A stretch of 64,000 bases of DNA from the human T2T-CHM13v2.0 reference genome, Homo sapiens, in assembly GCF_009914755.1 (NCBI RefSeq), contig NC_060925.1. One strand, written 5' to 3'. The notes under the pieces are model-generated. The model made no database searches, was not told the DNA's origin, and was given only the letters and a program-made list of their open reading frames with translations. Below, in pieces: positions 40,080-54,599 of this stretch. Position 1 is the first letter of the stretch, and every line of letters starts with the position of its first letter. Made by a program: the position numbers and the translations under genes.

Positions 40080-43000
40080 TCTGGGTACAGATCAGAGAGA
40101 ACAGGACTTGGTGAAGGGAGACTTGGGGCGTTCCTGTAATCATAAGCCAGGTCGGCATAACCCAGGGGCATCTGAACTATATTTGGGATTCTATGTTGGC
40201 TGCAGGGGCTGTTTTGGGACCAGAAAACATTGCCAGTGGCTTTAGTAGGCCCAGGGTCTAGGCTGCCTTTCCATCCAATTAAATTCCCGAGATGTCTTTA
40301 CTTCCCCTCCTTTCTGGACTCTCTGCAAGGTTATTACTTCCATGCCCCTGTGTCTGGACTGAATTGCTTCAGTCAGGCCTAAATCAAGAGGAAACTTCAA
40401 AACTGCCAGAAAGTCAGATACCACCTTCTTTGTCATGTTCCTATTCAGGTTTCCAGTTGTCCCTCTAATTGTCTAACTGTTCAGGAGAAATAATGATCAT
40501 AGCTGCCATTTAGTGCATACAGGCAAGGGACTGTACCACGCATAGCATACACCTCATCTCATTTTACTTTGACAGCAATCCAGAAATAGACATTAACATT
40601 CCCCAGTTTACCAGGCAGGAAAATGAAGCTTAGCAAATAACTTGGCCAAGGTCACTGGGTGAGGAAGCCACACAGGCAATATATAAACCACAGTCTGTCT
40701 CCTAAACCTGTCCTCTTAGTATTTGGGCACAGAGGGATTTGGCGTTCCTCAGTCCAGGCTTGTCATTGTACAGGTGAGCAAATGGGGGCCCATATGAGGA
40801 ATTGACACACCCAAGGTCACACCACTCCTCATCTCCACAAGACCCCCGTTTCCTGATTCTTACTTCAAGTGCTTCCCATCTCCATCTTGCCGCAGGGTCA
40901 GCTGCTTCTTCATTCCAAGTGGACAAGGAGCCAGCTGCTCACTGTCCTTGAGAGACTTCAGCGAGAGACCAGGGTGTCCAGGCTCCATGCAGGAAAGCCA
41001 TGCGTATAAATTCCACCTCTGAGCCAGGGCTCACCAGCAAGCCCACTCTTAAGCCCTTGACTTGGGCTCCAGGGGCCATGGGAAGGAGAAACGTGAGTGT
41101 GGAGAGTTTGCAGCATATAGCTGCACTAGAGAAATGCGCAAGGATATGAATAAATTTGAATAATAATGAGGACAATGCTTGAATTAATAATGTTGGCTGC
41201 TCACCTGACCCACCCCTCCCCCAGGATCTCAGCACCTGCCACCCTGATCACTCAAAAGGGATTATCCTTTAGAAGACATGAATGAAAGGTCAGGTCAGCA
41301 GACTTGAGGAGCCACTCATGGAGTATGGGAGAGGGAGCCTGTTTCTAACTTCCTGGCCCCTGCAGACCCAAAGACCTAAATTTGCACACTTAATCAAGAG
41401 TAAAGAGTCTGCCTCATGCTAGATCACATTCTGGTTATCAGTCCACTCTAGGCCCCAGCTACCTCTTTTTCAGACCCCTTTGTGTGCAACAACCAGTGGG
41501 GATGGATGTCGGATGTTCAGGAGATTCAGATGGGGGAGAGAGCTTGGCCCTCTGCCTTAGAGGAGATGTTGGCATTCTGCTGGAACAGATAGGGCAAATG
41601 TCCTCACCTACTAGTTGCCCTCTACCCTGTGACAAACAAAATCATGGACATTACCCCTGATCATTTGAGAGAGGAAACCCCGTACATAGTGATAACAGCA
41701 GGGCCGAGTGACGCGACTGGTTATATTTGCCCAAGAGGCCAAGGAATTGGGCTAGGAGGGCTTCCTGGAAGAGGGACATGTAGAGCAGGTTTGAGGAAAA
41801 AAGGAGAAATGGGGCTGGTGAAGAGAAAGGAAGGAAGGAGATGAGACTAGGATCCCACTTCTGTGGTGGCTTAGAGGGACATCTTGGAGTGGCGAGGGGT
41901 GAGTTAAGTTTGCTTACACACAGGAGTGATGATGGGGCAGATAAATTTTAGAAAGCTCTGTTAGGAAAAGGTCAGATTTGGGGATTGTGGCCTCTGCAGA
42001 TTCATGAGCTGTGGAGGGAAAGAAGAAGGAGGAGGCTGTGACTTTTGGGGAGAGCCGATTTCAGTTACCTGGTATGACAGGTTGGGAGCATGGCAAGGAA
42101 GTCCCAGAACTCTCCTTTGCTGTCCTTCAGTCACTCCCTTGTCCCCCTTCTCCTTTCCCCACAACTTGGCAAAGGAACCTGAGCCCCATAGCTCACATAG
42201 CTCTGCAAGGAGCCTAGGCCTGCCCCACCACTGGGGCCGACCAGTGCTGGTTGGAGCCGGTGGGTGGGAGTGGTGGGGGAGAAAAAACCCGCAATGCAAT
42301 TCCCTGCTCCATTTAGGCTCCACAATTAAAGGCAATTACTCTGCAGTTCTCTAATCAAATGCTCCCGGCCGAGCTGCCAGCCGGGCAGCCATGTGTAGCT
42401 CCCACAGCCGGAGGGAGAGTGGAACAAAGTCACGTGGCCTCTCAGCTCCCACAGTGAAGGAGGCGGGGTGTGTGCAGGTGTGTTCATGTGTACACACTTA
42501 GGCCCCCCTGCACTTGGGAGCGAAGGATGAACACACAGAGCAGGGCACATGTGCCAAGAAGTGGGTTCAGAGCTACTTTGTTTTGGATACACTTTCCACC
42601 CAGGAAGCTTCTATACACACATGTGGACATGCTGGCTTTATAGTATCTACCCTGATGTATTCGTGGAGGAATTGTACCTGGCATAGTTGCACATGAGTGT
42701 TGGTTCACATTGACTCCCATCAGCTCACATGACACGCGTCTAAGTAGGAGTCATTAATGTGGGGGTGGGCTGGGGCAATGGGTAGTAGAGGAACAGCTAG
42801 GACCTGGATGCAGGGGCTCAGGTTCTAATCCCAGCTCTGCCATTAACTTGCCCTTGAGTAAGTTACTGTCCTCCCTGGAAGTCAGGGTCCTCCTCTGTAA
42901 AATGAGAGGGTTGGACTAGACCCATTTTTAAGGCCCTTCTGTAACAGTGCACTGTTTTCTGTGATTGCTGAGCACTTCAGCTCCTGAAATCCATTCCCAT

Positions 43001-43201
43001 GGGTCTCAGAGGGAGGAAGGAATAAAGGGTAAGGACGTGGCATCTTGGAACAAAGGGGTTGAGGCTGAAGGGGGGCAGGGACCGGAGAGTCCCCATCCCC
43101 AACTGGAGGCTCTCCCTCCTTCCAGCTGCATGGTGAGGGGGACCTCTTAGAGGAGCCCCTCTCCTTACTCATCTTACCCAGTGCTGGCTTTGGCTTTGCA
43201 G

Positions 43202-43351
43202 GGACCCAGACCCGCTTCAGCCAGGAGCCAGCTGACCAGACGGTGGTGGCTGGACAGCGGGCCGTGCTCCCCTGTGTGCTGCTCAACTACTCTGGAATTG
43301 TGCAATGGACCAAGGACGGGCTGGCCCTGGGCATGGGCCAGGGCCTCAAAG
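43202..43351 (+). CDS. KIRREL1: KIRREL1 coding exon 2 (150 bp; N-half of Ig1, [13 protein letters not shown]...GQGLK)
   Basis: ttgcag|GG ACC CAG acceptor and AAA G|gtgagt donor; translation matches recalled human NEPH1; overlaps ORF 43243..43554. Confidence 0.97.
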
Positions 43352-45079
43352 GTGAGTGCCTGGCTACCCAACGTCCAAACTGTCCCATCTTCTCCGCCAT
43401 TCCCCACTTCCAGCATAGATTCCTGGACTCACCATCCCTTAGTTCCCTCACCACCCTCCTCTGTGCCACAGCCTCCCCTCTGTCTCTGCTACTGAGCTCC
43501 ATTTCTACAGCTTTCCCACCCTGCAGCTCTACCTTTCCTCCCACTGAGGACTGACTTGAGGAAGGCAGTACGAAGCCTGAGAGGTCAAGGGAAACCAAGA
43601 GACCTTTATATAAGAGAGTTTCAGGCAGACACAGACCCTGTGAGGGGAGCTGCAGGCAGACAGCTGTCTAGCAGGAGGTGCTGGGAGACTCCAGAGTCTG
43701 CAGCAAGGGTAGGAGAGGGCACAGGCAACTTCTGTGTCCCGCAAGTGTCTCATGCCGGCCTGGCTCGGCTCCAGCCTCTCTCCTCCCCGCTGCCCAGGCG
43801 ATGTCTGCTCAGAGGCCAAAAACTCATTTTAATATCAGCCTGAGCATTCATTTATTTATTCATTCAACAAGCCTTTATTAAGCACTGGCTATGTAGCTGG
43901 TGCTGAAGCAAACATAATGAGTCAGTCAAACACAAAAAAACCAACTTCCTATATTCTAAAGCAAGTAAAGAGACCTTTGGAAAGGCTGCCTGGCAGAGTG
44001 GACACCTGGGTTCTAGTCCTGCCTCCGCCAGCTGGGTGACCTTAGGAAAGCCACTTCACCTCTCTGGACCTTCATTTACTGTGTGAAGCAGGCATAGTGG
44101 TTGCAGGCCGGTCTGCCTTAGAAGTGCATTTGTGAGTTTTGAGCCAAATGGGAGAAGAGATTTGTAAAAACATATTTTAGCTTTAAAGCACTGTAAAGAA
44201 GTAAGTATGGGTGTGGGGGATGGGCTGTATATTTTTATTCTTATAATTGTTGAGGGAGTTGAGATTATTTGCTGTGAGTTCCATGTGTTAGTACAGGTAG
44301 AGGAAATTCGTCTGTGTAGAGCAATCCATATAAGGGAAAGAGATGGGTCTGGTAGATCTATTGATGATAGAAAGAGAAAGAAACTGGGAGAGAGAGTGAG
44401 ATCAATAGATATGGAGTGAGAAGAATCGATAGCCTCTGGACAGAGGGAGATCATGGGAAGGAGCTGATGGTGGGAATGTGAGGGGAGGCTGGGAAGCAAG
44501 AAGCGGGTGGGGGAGCCTGGAGGAAGGAGGGCAAGGCCCACTGCCTCAGCCACTGCTTCTGCAGGAAACCAGGACTCTTTGGTTTAGGAGCTCCTCTGGG
44601 GAGCCAGCGGTCCCCTGCCTCATCCTTCCTCCCTGGGCCTGCCTTGGGCTTCCCTCTGCCTTATGAGTCCTGCAGAGGTGCTCCCATGAGCTCATGTCTG
44701 TGCTGCGATGCCCTATATTTCCTGGCGCCCACACACTCGCTCTCCCTCTCTCCCCCTCTCCTTTGCTCCCTGCTGTGTGCCTTTTTCTCTCCTCTTTCTC
44801 CCCTATTATTATGAGAGGCATTTGTCTGCAAACAGCCTTGGAGATTTCATCTGCTCCTGCTAGCCTCCCTGCTTCAGCTGCCCTCCTGTCTGCTCCTCCG
44901 GCTGTATGGCTCCCAGCCTCGCCGTGAGGTGTCGTGGCATCAGGTGTCTGTGTCTGGGGCCTCACCTTCTCACCTGTCAGTGGTGTCCCAGGAGAGGGCA
45001 GAGGGAGGAGTACTGGTGTGGGATGGCTGAGGATGTGTCCTTGTTTCAAGGTTGGGCCTCATTCTTTCTGTTTCTGCAG

Positions 45080-45229
45080 CCTGGCCACGGTACCGGGTTG
45101 TGGGCTCCGCAGACGCTGGGCAGTACAACCTGGAGATCACAGATGCTGAGCTCTCTGACGACGCCTCTTACGAGTGCCAGGCCACGGAGGCCGCCCTGCG
45201 CTCTCGGCGGGCCAAACTCACCGTGCTCA
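45080..45229 (+). CDS. KIRREL1: KIRREL1 exon 3 (150 bp; C-half of Ig1, AWPRYRVVG...DDASYECQ...KLTVL)
   Basis: ttctgcag|CC TGG; CTC A|gtaagg; Ig D-x-x-x-Y-x-C motif. Confidence 0.97.
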
Positions 45230-46361
45230 GTAAGGACCCCAATACCCTTCAGTACTTCGAGGCCCTGTCTCTCTGTATCCTGGCAGTCTCTCCCACTCTC
45301 CAGTTCCCTCTTTAATTTCCCAGCTTCTCCCTCTCTGTTACTGGCCTTATCCCTGCCCTAATGCTCAAGTCCAGGTAGAAGAAAGTAAACCAGGCATGTG
45401 GGAGACGTGGGGTGCTGGCAGGACGTGAGCTGTGTGAGGCCCAGCATCCTCTCTGCCGCAGCCAGTGCCTCGGCCACTCAGGGACAGGGCCTTCTGCCTT
45501 TTAGAAACAAGGCTGTGGAGACAAGAAGCAGGGACGTATGGAGTGATGGAGACCCGGGCCCTCCTTTCCCAGCTGTCCTGGCTGGCAGGCTTGTTGGTGA
45601 GGGGGCGTCTCCCTTCCACTTTCCTCTCAGCTGCCTCGGAGACCCCAAACGGCCCCCGTGCCCCTCCTTCCACCTCACCCTAGCCTCACACAACCCTTCT
45701 TCCCTCAGCTGCCTCCTTTCCTCCCTCAGTGCTCACCCTTCCTCTCAAATTCACCTGGGGGCCTCCTCCAGGAACAGGGGAATAGGACTGGAAGGAATGG
45801 GCCTTGAGGCTGAAAACTGGGGTGAGGGGTGGGAGGGATGGGGTCCTGCTGTGTCTGGATGGCTGCTGGCTCTTGGAAGCCCTGCAGCTCTTGGAAGCCC
45901 TGCGCCAGCCAGGCAGCCACCCACTGGGGGACCGAGCAGATGTCCCTCTATGGTAACCCCCGAGGCCATTTGCATAATGAGGGGACTCTCTCCTGCAGCA
46001 GTGCCACAGAACCGGAAGGAGGCCAGCTTCAGCACACCCCTTGCCCCCCCTCACCCACTCAGCCCCCAGCCTCTCTCCAAGCCTCACTCTTGCAATACCT
46101 CTGAATCTGCCAGTCTTCCTGTTCTCTCCAGCCCTGTTGTCTCACTGGGCCTCTGCCTCTGTTGTGCTTTCTGTCTTGGGCTTGGACTCTGTCCATCTGT
46201 GACTCTCTTTCTTCCCTATTTACATTGACTCTGTCCCTTTTTTTTCTGCCTCCATTTGATACGTTTTGCCCCTCTTCCTTTCCTTCCTTCTAACTTGAAA
46301 TCACTGAATTTGCGGGGAGCCCCCAAGATGGATGGGAGAAAGGAGAGAGGAGCTGAGATGA

Positions 46362-46752
<391 letters not shown>

Positions 46753-47708
46753 TAACAAGTCCTCAGAGCATAGTGGAAAGAGAGAGTCCTAGACTGCTGG
46801 TGGTTAGGAGACCTGGGCACTTTGGCCATTTTGGCATCATGATCCTAAAGAGGTGACAACCTCTGGGCATGAGTTTTCTCATCAGTAACATGGCATAATG
46901 ACACCAGCCTTTTCTTAGCAACTGCTGCTTTGCTTCATGGAGACCTGTAAACTGTGAAGGTCTGGGCGAATGTGAGATGTCAGAATAAGTGAGGACTGGA
47001 GGGACCCAACAGCCAATTTCATTGGATGTAAAGGCCCTGAAGGACCAGGATTCAAGGCTGTTGGATGATTTGCTTTTCCTCTCTAGGACTAAAATGGAAA
47101 GAATTAGCAAGGAGCAGGAATGAGGTTAGACAGCAAAAATTAGAGGGTGATCTTGAATGCCAAGACATCATCTTTCATCCCTCACTGAAGTGTGTCAGCC
47201 CCATGCTCAACCAAGTATTCCGAGGAACCGTGAGACTCTCAGGAAACCTTCTTCTTTCTTTTTTCCTCCCTAACTGCCTCTATCTTAGGCCCTAGAAGGT
47301 GCTACTGCTGCCCTGGAGTACTCGCTTCCTAATGAGTGGACCTTGATACTCTTCTTTCTGCTACCTTATCACAGAGATAGAGAGAGATGAAGAAAGGCCA
47401 GCTAAGCTACTAAGTGTTGCAGTAACAATGTCTTATAATGGCACCCAGTGGCTTGGTTCAATCCAGGAAGAACCTGGAAAAGGAGAATATCAAGGGGAAC
47501 CCTAGATGGAAGAGTGCCTTGTTTAAAAGCTTGCAGGCCAATGAAGGAGAGCTACATAGCAGGAGAGCCGACTGGCTTGTTTCGAGGGCATGGTGGGTAT
47601 TGAAGGTATGGTCCTTGCTGGCCTGCCTGGGTGACTTGGGTGGATGAGAGAACAGGGAGACACCCCAGGAGTAACTTTAAGCTGAAAGAGAGACAGGGAC
47701 GGTTAGTG

Positions 47709-47845
47709 CAGCTGGAGGGGCTTTACACGCCTGGGCAAACACCTGGGCATGGTGTCTCCTCGGGGCTCTACCCATCCAGGATCTTCCTCCCGGGTGTGGC
47801 AGCAACATGTGACCTTAGAGGGGCCTGAGCAGACCAGGAGGCCCT
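47709..47845 (+). repeat. ~137-bp direct repeat copy 1 (copy 2 at 48965-49100)
   Basis: 9 substitutions and 1 indel by manual alignment. Confidence 0.95.
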
Positions 47846-49775
47846 TCTCCCTTCACTCTTTCCTCTCCTTGTCTTTCTCTTAAATTCTCAAACACCCAGC
47901 CACCTGCAGCACACGGAGGCAATAAAAAGGCATGACACTTCCTGCATCCCTTCCTGCGTACCTGCTTACCCACAGCCTTTGCTCATGGCAGCTGGGGGAC
48001 CCAGAGACTAGGCAGGGCAGAAATGAGGAGTGGGCTGTGCCCAGTGCCTGGTATCAGCCTCCCTGCATGATGTCAGCCTTATAGACTCCTCTCCTCCCCA
48101 GCCATCCCCCTCAGCAGCCCCCCAGCTCCCCAGGCCAGGGGCCCTCTTCACAAAATGGCCTCTGTCATTCTTCCTTAGGGTAGGACTTTGAAAAGAAGCC
48201 TCCCACTCCCCCGCAGATGCAGACATAACATAGATATACAGACCTCCAAAACCATGGTGATGAGCATGACTTCTGGGTCAGGCAAGCCTGGTCCACATCC
48301 TAGCTCTGCCCTCTAACTCACTCTCCTGTCTCTGAGCACATTTGTTTATCCTCTTCGAGCCTCCGTTCCTTATCTGTAAATTGGGGTTAATATATTTACC
48401 ATGAAAGGAATAATGAAATATACTTTGTGGTAGGGATTAAATGAAGTCATATACTGGAGGCACTTTGGCTGACACAAGGTGAACGTTCACTGAGTGGCAG
48501 AAGTTATTGTCGATCCCACCACCATTTACAGTTGGCTTCACCTTCTTGATTTTGTTTTGCAAAATCAGGGGAGTAGGTGTCCATTGTATTTTTGAAGTTT
48601 TATAAACAAGGAGACTGAGGCTTTTTTGACCACAGACTCAGGGGCACATGAGTTTGGGGAGGCACATGAGCATATTGATATACAGATTTAAGTCACAAAC
48701 CATAAAAACTTGCTTATAAACACATGCACACATGGACACATGCCCTTTAACAGCTGGCTCAGCAGGCACCTTAACAGCTTTATTGTCATTTGTCCCATAT
48801 ATGAGGGACGAGCTCATATATGAGGGATGAGCTCACGGAGGATGGGCAGAGAGTTTGGAAAATTCAGAGAAAGGTAGACTGCTGGCAGAGGTGACAGATG
48901 GGTAGTCTTTGCATGAACAAAGGGGCAGGAGGCATTCCCAGGGTAGAGGAAGCTGATGCCTTCCCAGCGGAGGGGCTTCACACACCCGGGCACACACCTG
49001 GGCATGTTGTCTGCTCGGGGCTCTGCCCATCCAGGATCTTCCTCCTGGGTGTGGCAGCAACATGTGACTTTAGAGGGGCCTGAGCAGACCAGGAGGCCCT
49101 GAGCAGCAGCTCTTTATTCATTTCTCTCCACCTTTCTCTACTTTTCAAGCTGCTCCCCATCCCCATCCTCAAACCTGTCCCCATCTGGCATTGGAACCAG
49201 ATACACCACAGAACAAGGAGGAAGAGCCAGGGATTCAGAGGATAATTAGCCAGGCAGGAGTTGGAGCCACTGCTACTCTCGTCCAGGCAGTAAGGCTAAT
49301 ACATTCCATACCTCACACATGCCCTGCACATCATAGTCTATGTATAGTATCTCATCTGACCTTCATGAGGCTCTAGTGAGTATGGTTATGTCTTGGTTTC
49401 TTCTCTGATGAAGAAACTGAGACTCAGTGATTTTAGGAACTCATCCGAGATCACACAGCAGGTAAACAAAGGTGCCAGGATTTGAAACCAGGCAGTCTGA
49501 ATCTAAGTTTTATTCTTTTTCCACTATACCACTAGGCACACATGAGTTGAACAGAATGCTAAGACAGGTTTCGAGTAGTTTCTACTGGAAACCCCAGCAT
49601 AGAGACCTTCATTGTGTAAATTCTAGAACAGCCCTGTCCACCACTGGGCACCGTGGGTCTCCCAAGATCTCCTCTTGAGTGTTCCCTCTGCACACTCCTC
49701 TCGAGTGTTCCCTCTGGACCCTCCTCTGGGTCTTTCTTGTCTTTCCCAGAAAGAAGCAAACAAAATCTTTTATCG

Positions 49776-49987
49776 GTGGAGCACGCTGGCTCATGCTTGT
49801 AATCCCAGCACTTTGGGAAGCTGAGGTAGGAGGACTGCTTGAGCCCAGGAGTTTCAGACCAGCCTGGGCAACATAGCGAAAACTCGTCTCTACAAAAAAT
49901 AGAAATTAGCCAAGCATGATGGTGTGTACCTGTAGTTTCTGATACTTGGGAAGCCGAGGTGGGAGGATTGCTTGAGCCCAGGAGTTC
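49776..49987 (+). mobile_element. AluJ-like, 3'-truncated
   Basis: ggaggactgcttgagcccaggagttt AluJ pattern. Confidence 0.85.
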
Positions 49988-50933
49988 CTTTCTCATTTAT
50001 GGTTGATGAACACTGGGGGGACCAGAAAAATTATAATCAAAATCCTTCTGCCTTTATTTCATCAGTATCCATTCATTAATTCAGCAAATATCCCTGAGCA
50101 CCTGTGATCACCCAAGCCCTGGGCTAGACATTGAAGTGTTGATGGTATATCAGAAGCAGCCGCTACCCTCAGGGAACTTACAGTCTGGTTTGTCTTAGAA
50201 GCCTATGGAGATAGGGGAGGGAGAGCCCCCCTTGTTTGCAACATCATACATCGGTCAATTGAATGCTTTAAACATTTAGCAAGAGCCTACTTGGTCACAT
50301 TCTAGGCACTGGTGACCATATAAATATTAGTGAGACAGGGTTGCTGTTTTTCCAGGGGATCACAGTTTTGGTTGGGGCAGGGTTCGATAACTGTTATAAG
50401 TAAACAAAATCCAAGGCGCTAAGAGCTCTGAGTGACTGGTGGGGGCCACCATGGTGGGGGTGGGCTACAGCATGGAAAGCCTTGTGCATCAACTGGGATT
50501 TGAACAGGATAGGAAGCACTTCAATAGAAGCTGTGGGAGAAGGGCATGCCATATGGAAAGCACTGCAATGCAGGTCTTGGCTTGAGGACCCTGAACAGGA
50601 GGCCGAAATGCTTGGAACTTATGCCCTAGGCAGTTGTAGCCATTGAAGGTGCTTGAGCAGGGGAGTGGCACATACTTAGCTGTGCTGAAGGGAAAAATAA
50701 CCTGCTAGCAGTGTGACATGGAGGTTACTGTAATAGGCCAGCCCATCTGTCTGCTCCAGGGCAGAGGAGCAGACAGGAGGAAGGATGGGAGAAGTGCTAT
50801 GGAGGTAGCCACCTTTCCGAGCCAGACTCCCAAGACTATGAGCTGTACTCAGGGCCTGAGATAGCCCAGCCCTTTCTTAAGTTTGAGGCTTCCATCTGTA
50901 GTGTGCAGCTCTGAGCAACTGTAGGGGTATGGA

Positions 50934-51376
<443 letters not shown>

Positions 51377-51510
51377 TTAGGGGGTAGGGTGGTACCGCCT
51401 ACCTAGAGGCGCACATGCAGGTGGAAGGATGCTTCCAGAGGCAGGAGTTTTGGTCTTCAGGGAAGTGTTAGCCACACCCTGCACTGACTTTGCTCTGCTT
51501 TCTCCCACAG

Positions 51511-51668
51511 TCCCCCCAGAGGACACCAGGATTGACGGAGGCCCTGTGATTCTACTGCAGGCAGGCACCCCCCACAACCTCACATGCCGGGCCTTCAATG
51601 CGAAGCCTGCTGCCACCATCATCTGGTTCCGGGACGGGACGCAGCAGGAGGGCGCTGTGGCCAGCACG
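51511..51668 (+). CDS. KIRREL1: KIRREL1 exon 4 (158 bp; Ig2 N-half, [11 protein letters not shown]...AVAST)
   Basis: cccacag|TC CCC; ACG|gtgagc; frame continuous. Confidence 0.97.
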
Positions 51669-53139
51669 GTGAGCTCCAGCCAGCTCCCCCAGCTCCTCCT
51701 GGGCCTAGCCCAGCTCACCTCTCCTTTCCCACAGGGGTTTCACCACAGACTCAGGAGCACACAGACATGAGAGGGGTCTTAGAGGTCATCTGGTTCAACC
51801 CTCTCATTCTACAGTTGGGAAAATTGAAACCCAGAGAAGAGAAATGAATTCCTAGGTTTACTGTGTCATTCAGTAGCTGAACAGAGACTAATAGTAATAA
51901 TAAGTTGCCATGGATTAAGCACCTACTGTGTGCCAGACACCGTGCATGCTAAACACTTTATGGACAGTCTCTCTTAATCTTCATAGGAGTCCCATAAAGG
52001 AGGCATTATTTCCAACTCACAAAGGAGGAAACTTGCGCTCAGAGAGGTTGAGTGACTTGTCCAAGGTCACACAGCTGGCACAGAGCGGGGGTTTGTACCT
52101 GGGTCTGACTGTGCTTTCTCTCCACTGATCACTTCTACCTCTTTCCTTCAGCGTCTGGTTGTCAGATTATTCCAGTCATCACAACAAAGAGGCTGGGGAA
52201 GCAGAGATCCTTGTATACATTTTATAGATGAGGAAGCCATGAAAGATATCAAGTGACTTGCCCAGGATTACATAGCAAAGCGGACAGTACAGCTGGAATT
52301 CAAAGCCAGATTTCCTGGTTGGGGTTACCCTGCCAGTTGTGGGTAAACATATGTGTATTCAGCCCTTTGCTGGTGCTGCAGGAGCACTTCTCAGTGTGGA
52401 GACAGAGATGTTCCCATGCTCCTCAGCAAGCAATCCCAGGAATACCTGGCTTCTGGCTTCAGTTCTGCCCTTAACACACTGTGTGACCTTGGATAATTCG
52501 CTTCACTTTTTTCTGGCCTTAGTTTCTCATTTGACAAATGATAATTCAGCCTCAGTGGTACTTAACCTTTTCACAACCAAAAACTGTGATTTTTCTTCAT
52601 CAGGGCTACATGTTTTTAGATATTTTGGCAACCAAACAAGTTGGTTTGTTAATATCCATTTGTCATCTACCCCCATTTTTCATATTCATTAAAGACAATG
52701 GAGCTTCAAAGCAGCACAAGGGAGCCAGTGTTATTGCACTGGCCCTCAACTGGGCCTGTCCAGCAAAGCTGCATGCATGGTGGTCAAACAACGGGGTCTT
52801 ACTTTGATTAATAATATGGCTTCCCTCAGGCAGTTTGCAATATAGAAAACAGATCAAGGGTTCCTGTGACCATATTTAGGGACCCCTGGCTGTCACTGAG
52901 CAAGTGTAAGACTTCGAGCCTGTGAGTCCCTTCCCTGCCCTCAAGGAGTTTACAGTTTAGCAGAAGAAACCCAACCCTGAAACACGCACACATGGTGCCT
53001 ACAAGCAAGGTTGGATGTGTCTAGAGCTGTGAGCAGGACACACTGACTATAAGGGCATAAATTCAGTCTGGGAGAGAGTTCTGAGGGCTGGGCTGGCTGA
53101 AGAAGGCTTTCCAGAAGAGAAGGGATTTGCGCTGGACTC

Positions 53140-53345
53140 ACAAAGAGTGAACTCTAATATAAACTGTGGCCTTAATAATAATATATTAGTTTCGGTCCAT
53201 CAGTTGTAACAGACTTATCACTCTAATGCAAGGTGTTAAGGTGTTAGTAATGGGGGAAAGTGTAAGGTCAGGGAGGAGGGTATATGGAAACTCCCTGTAC
53301 TTTCTGCTCAATTTTTCTGTAAACTTAAAACTGCTCCAAAAGATA
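53140..53345 (+). mobile_element. L1M (L1MC-like) 3' end fragment, followed by an Alu monomer (~53350-53470)
   Basis: gggtatatggaaactccctgtactttctgctcaatttttctgtaaac is typical of the L1MC 3' UTR. Confidence 0.75.
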
Positions 53346-53510
53346 GTCTGTGATGTGGGCATGATGGCACACTCCTGTAGTCGCTGCTACTCAGAAGGCT
53401 CAGGCAGGAGGATTGCTTGAGTCCAAGCTTTGGAGGCCAGCCTGGGCAACATAGCAAGACCCTAAAAATATATAACTTTTAATTAAAAGATAATTAGTAG
53501 TCTATTGATT

Positions 53511-53512
<2 letters not shown>

Positions 53513-53543
<31 letters not shown>
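53513..53543. repeat. (CA)n microsatellite
   Basis: ~15 perfect units. Confidence 0.98.
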
Positions 53544-53544
<1 letters not shown>

Positions 53545-53688
53545 GGGAAGAGGTTGTGGGAGTGAAGGGGATTGAGCTTTAAGTTAAAGTACCCCTCCAG
53601 CGCAAGCCCATCTCTGAGTGAGGTCAACTTAAGAGCAGAGGAGGGGGCTTTTAGCTTAACCATATCTCCCACCCTTGTCATGTTCCAG

Positions 53689-53839
53689 GAATTGCTGAAG
53701 GATGGGAAGAGGGAGACCACCGTGAGCCAACTGCTTATTAACCCCACGGACCTGGACATAGGGCGTGTCTTCACTTGCCGAAGCATGAACGAAGCCATCC
53801 CTAGTGGCAAGGAGACTTCCATCGAGCTGGATGTGCACC
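53689..53839 (+). CDS. KIRREL1: KIRREL1 exon 5 (151 bp; Ig2 C-half, [11 protein letters not shown]...ELDVH)
   Basis: ttccag|GAA TTG; CAC C|gtgagt. Confidence 0.97.
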
Positions 53840-54146
53840 GTGAGTGGGCTGGGGGGAGCAGTCTGGAGCAGGGGGGTGGAAGAAGGGGTGTGTTTGAGAA
53901 GCACACTCTTAGTTTGAGAAACACAAACTAAGAGTCCCCCTATGGTCCCCAGGGCAAACGCTTGCCTTCTTCACATCTTTCATTCCCTGGATTGAACCAT
54001 GGGGACTAAGGGCTGGTAGAGCATTGGCTGTGGAGTCAGGCAGTCCCCAGGTCTAAACCAGCCTGTTATTAGTCAATGGTTAACACTCTCTGGGCCTCGG
54101 TTTCCAGTTCTGTATACTGTATATTGCAAAAGATAAAATACTGGCC

Positions 54147-54403
54147 TACAGTCCCTTATTCAAACTAAAAGTGGTTCGATGGTGCAGCCTGAACCAAGGC
54201 TCTTCATAGTCTTTTATTTAATTTAGTCTTAAGTTTCACTGCAGATGTATTCATATGTGTGACTATGGGATGTGGCCCAGATGCTGCTGGGGATCTTACA
54301 CAGTAAACGCTCTATGCACAACCATTGCCTTTCTAAATGTGAAAAATTCTAAATTCTGAAATGCATCTAGTCCTAAGGGTTTCAAATAAGGGATTGTGGA
54401 CCT
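54147..54403. mobile_element. MER46-like Tigger/TcMar non-autonomous DNA transposon interrupting a MIR
   Basis: Terminal inverted repeats acagtcccttattcaaa / ttcaaataagggattgt. Confidence 0.65.
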
Positions 54404-54580
54404 GGACCTGCTTCCTGGGGTTGTGAGCATTAAATGAGATATAGCAGAAGAGCATCTAGCATGGAGTATTCTTACCTGGTAGGTGTGTAATAAATTGTCT
54501 CTCCCCAGGGAACCATGGGGGTGTGGGCAGCAACTGGGGATGCCCACACCCCATCCTTTTTAGTGAGCCAAGCAAGCTCA

Positions 54581-54599
54581 CACTGACGCCTAGTGGCCA
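54581..54599 (-). promoter_or_regulatory. Candidate CTCF site
   Basis: Reverse complement TGGCCACTAGGCGTCAGTG resembles the CTCF core; motif match only. Confidence 0.4.

Noticed and set aside
45398-46228. 276-aa intronic ORF
   Set aside because: Non-ATG start, low-complexity GC-rich composition, no recognisable domain
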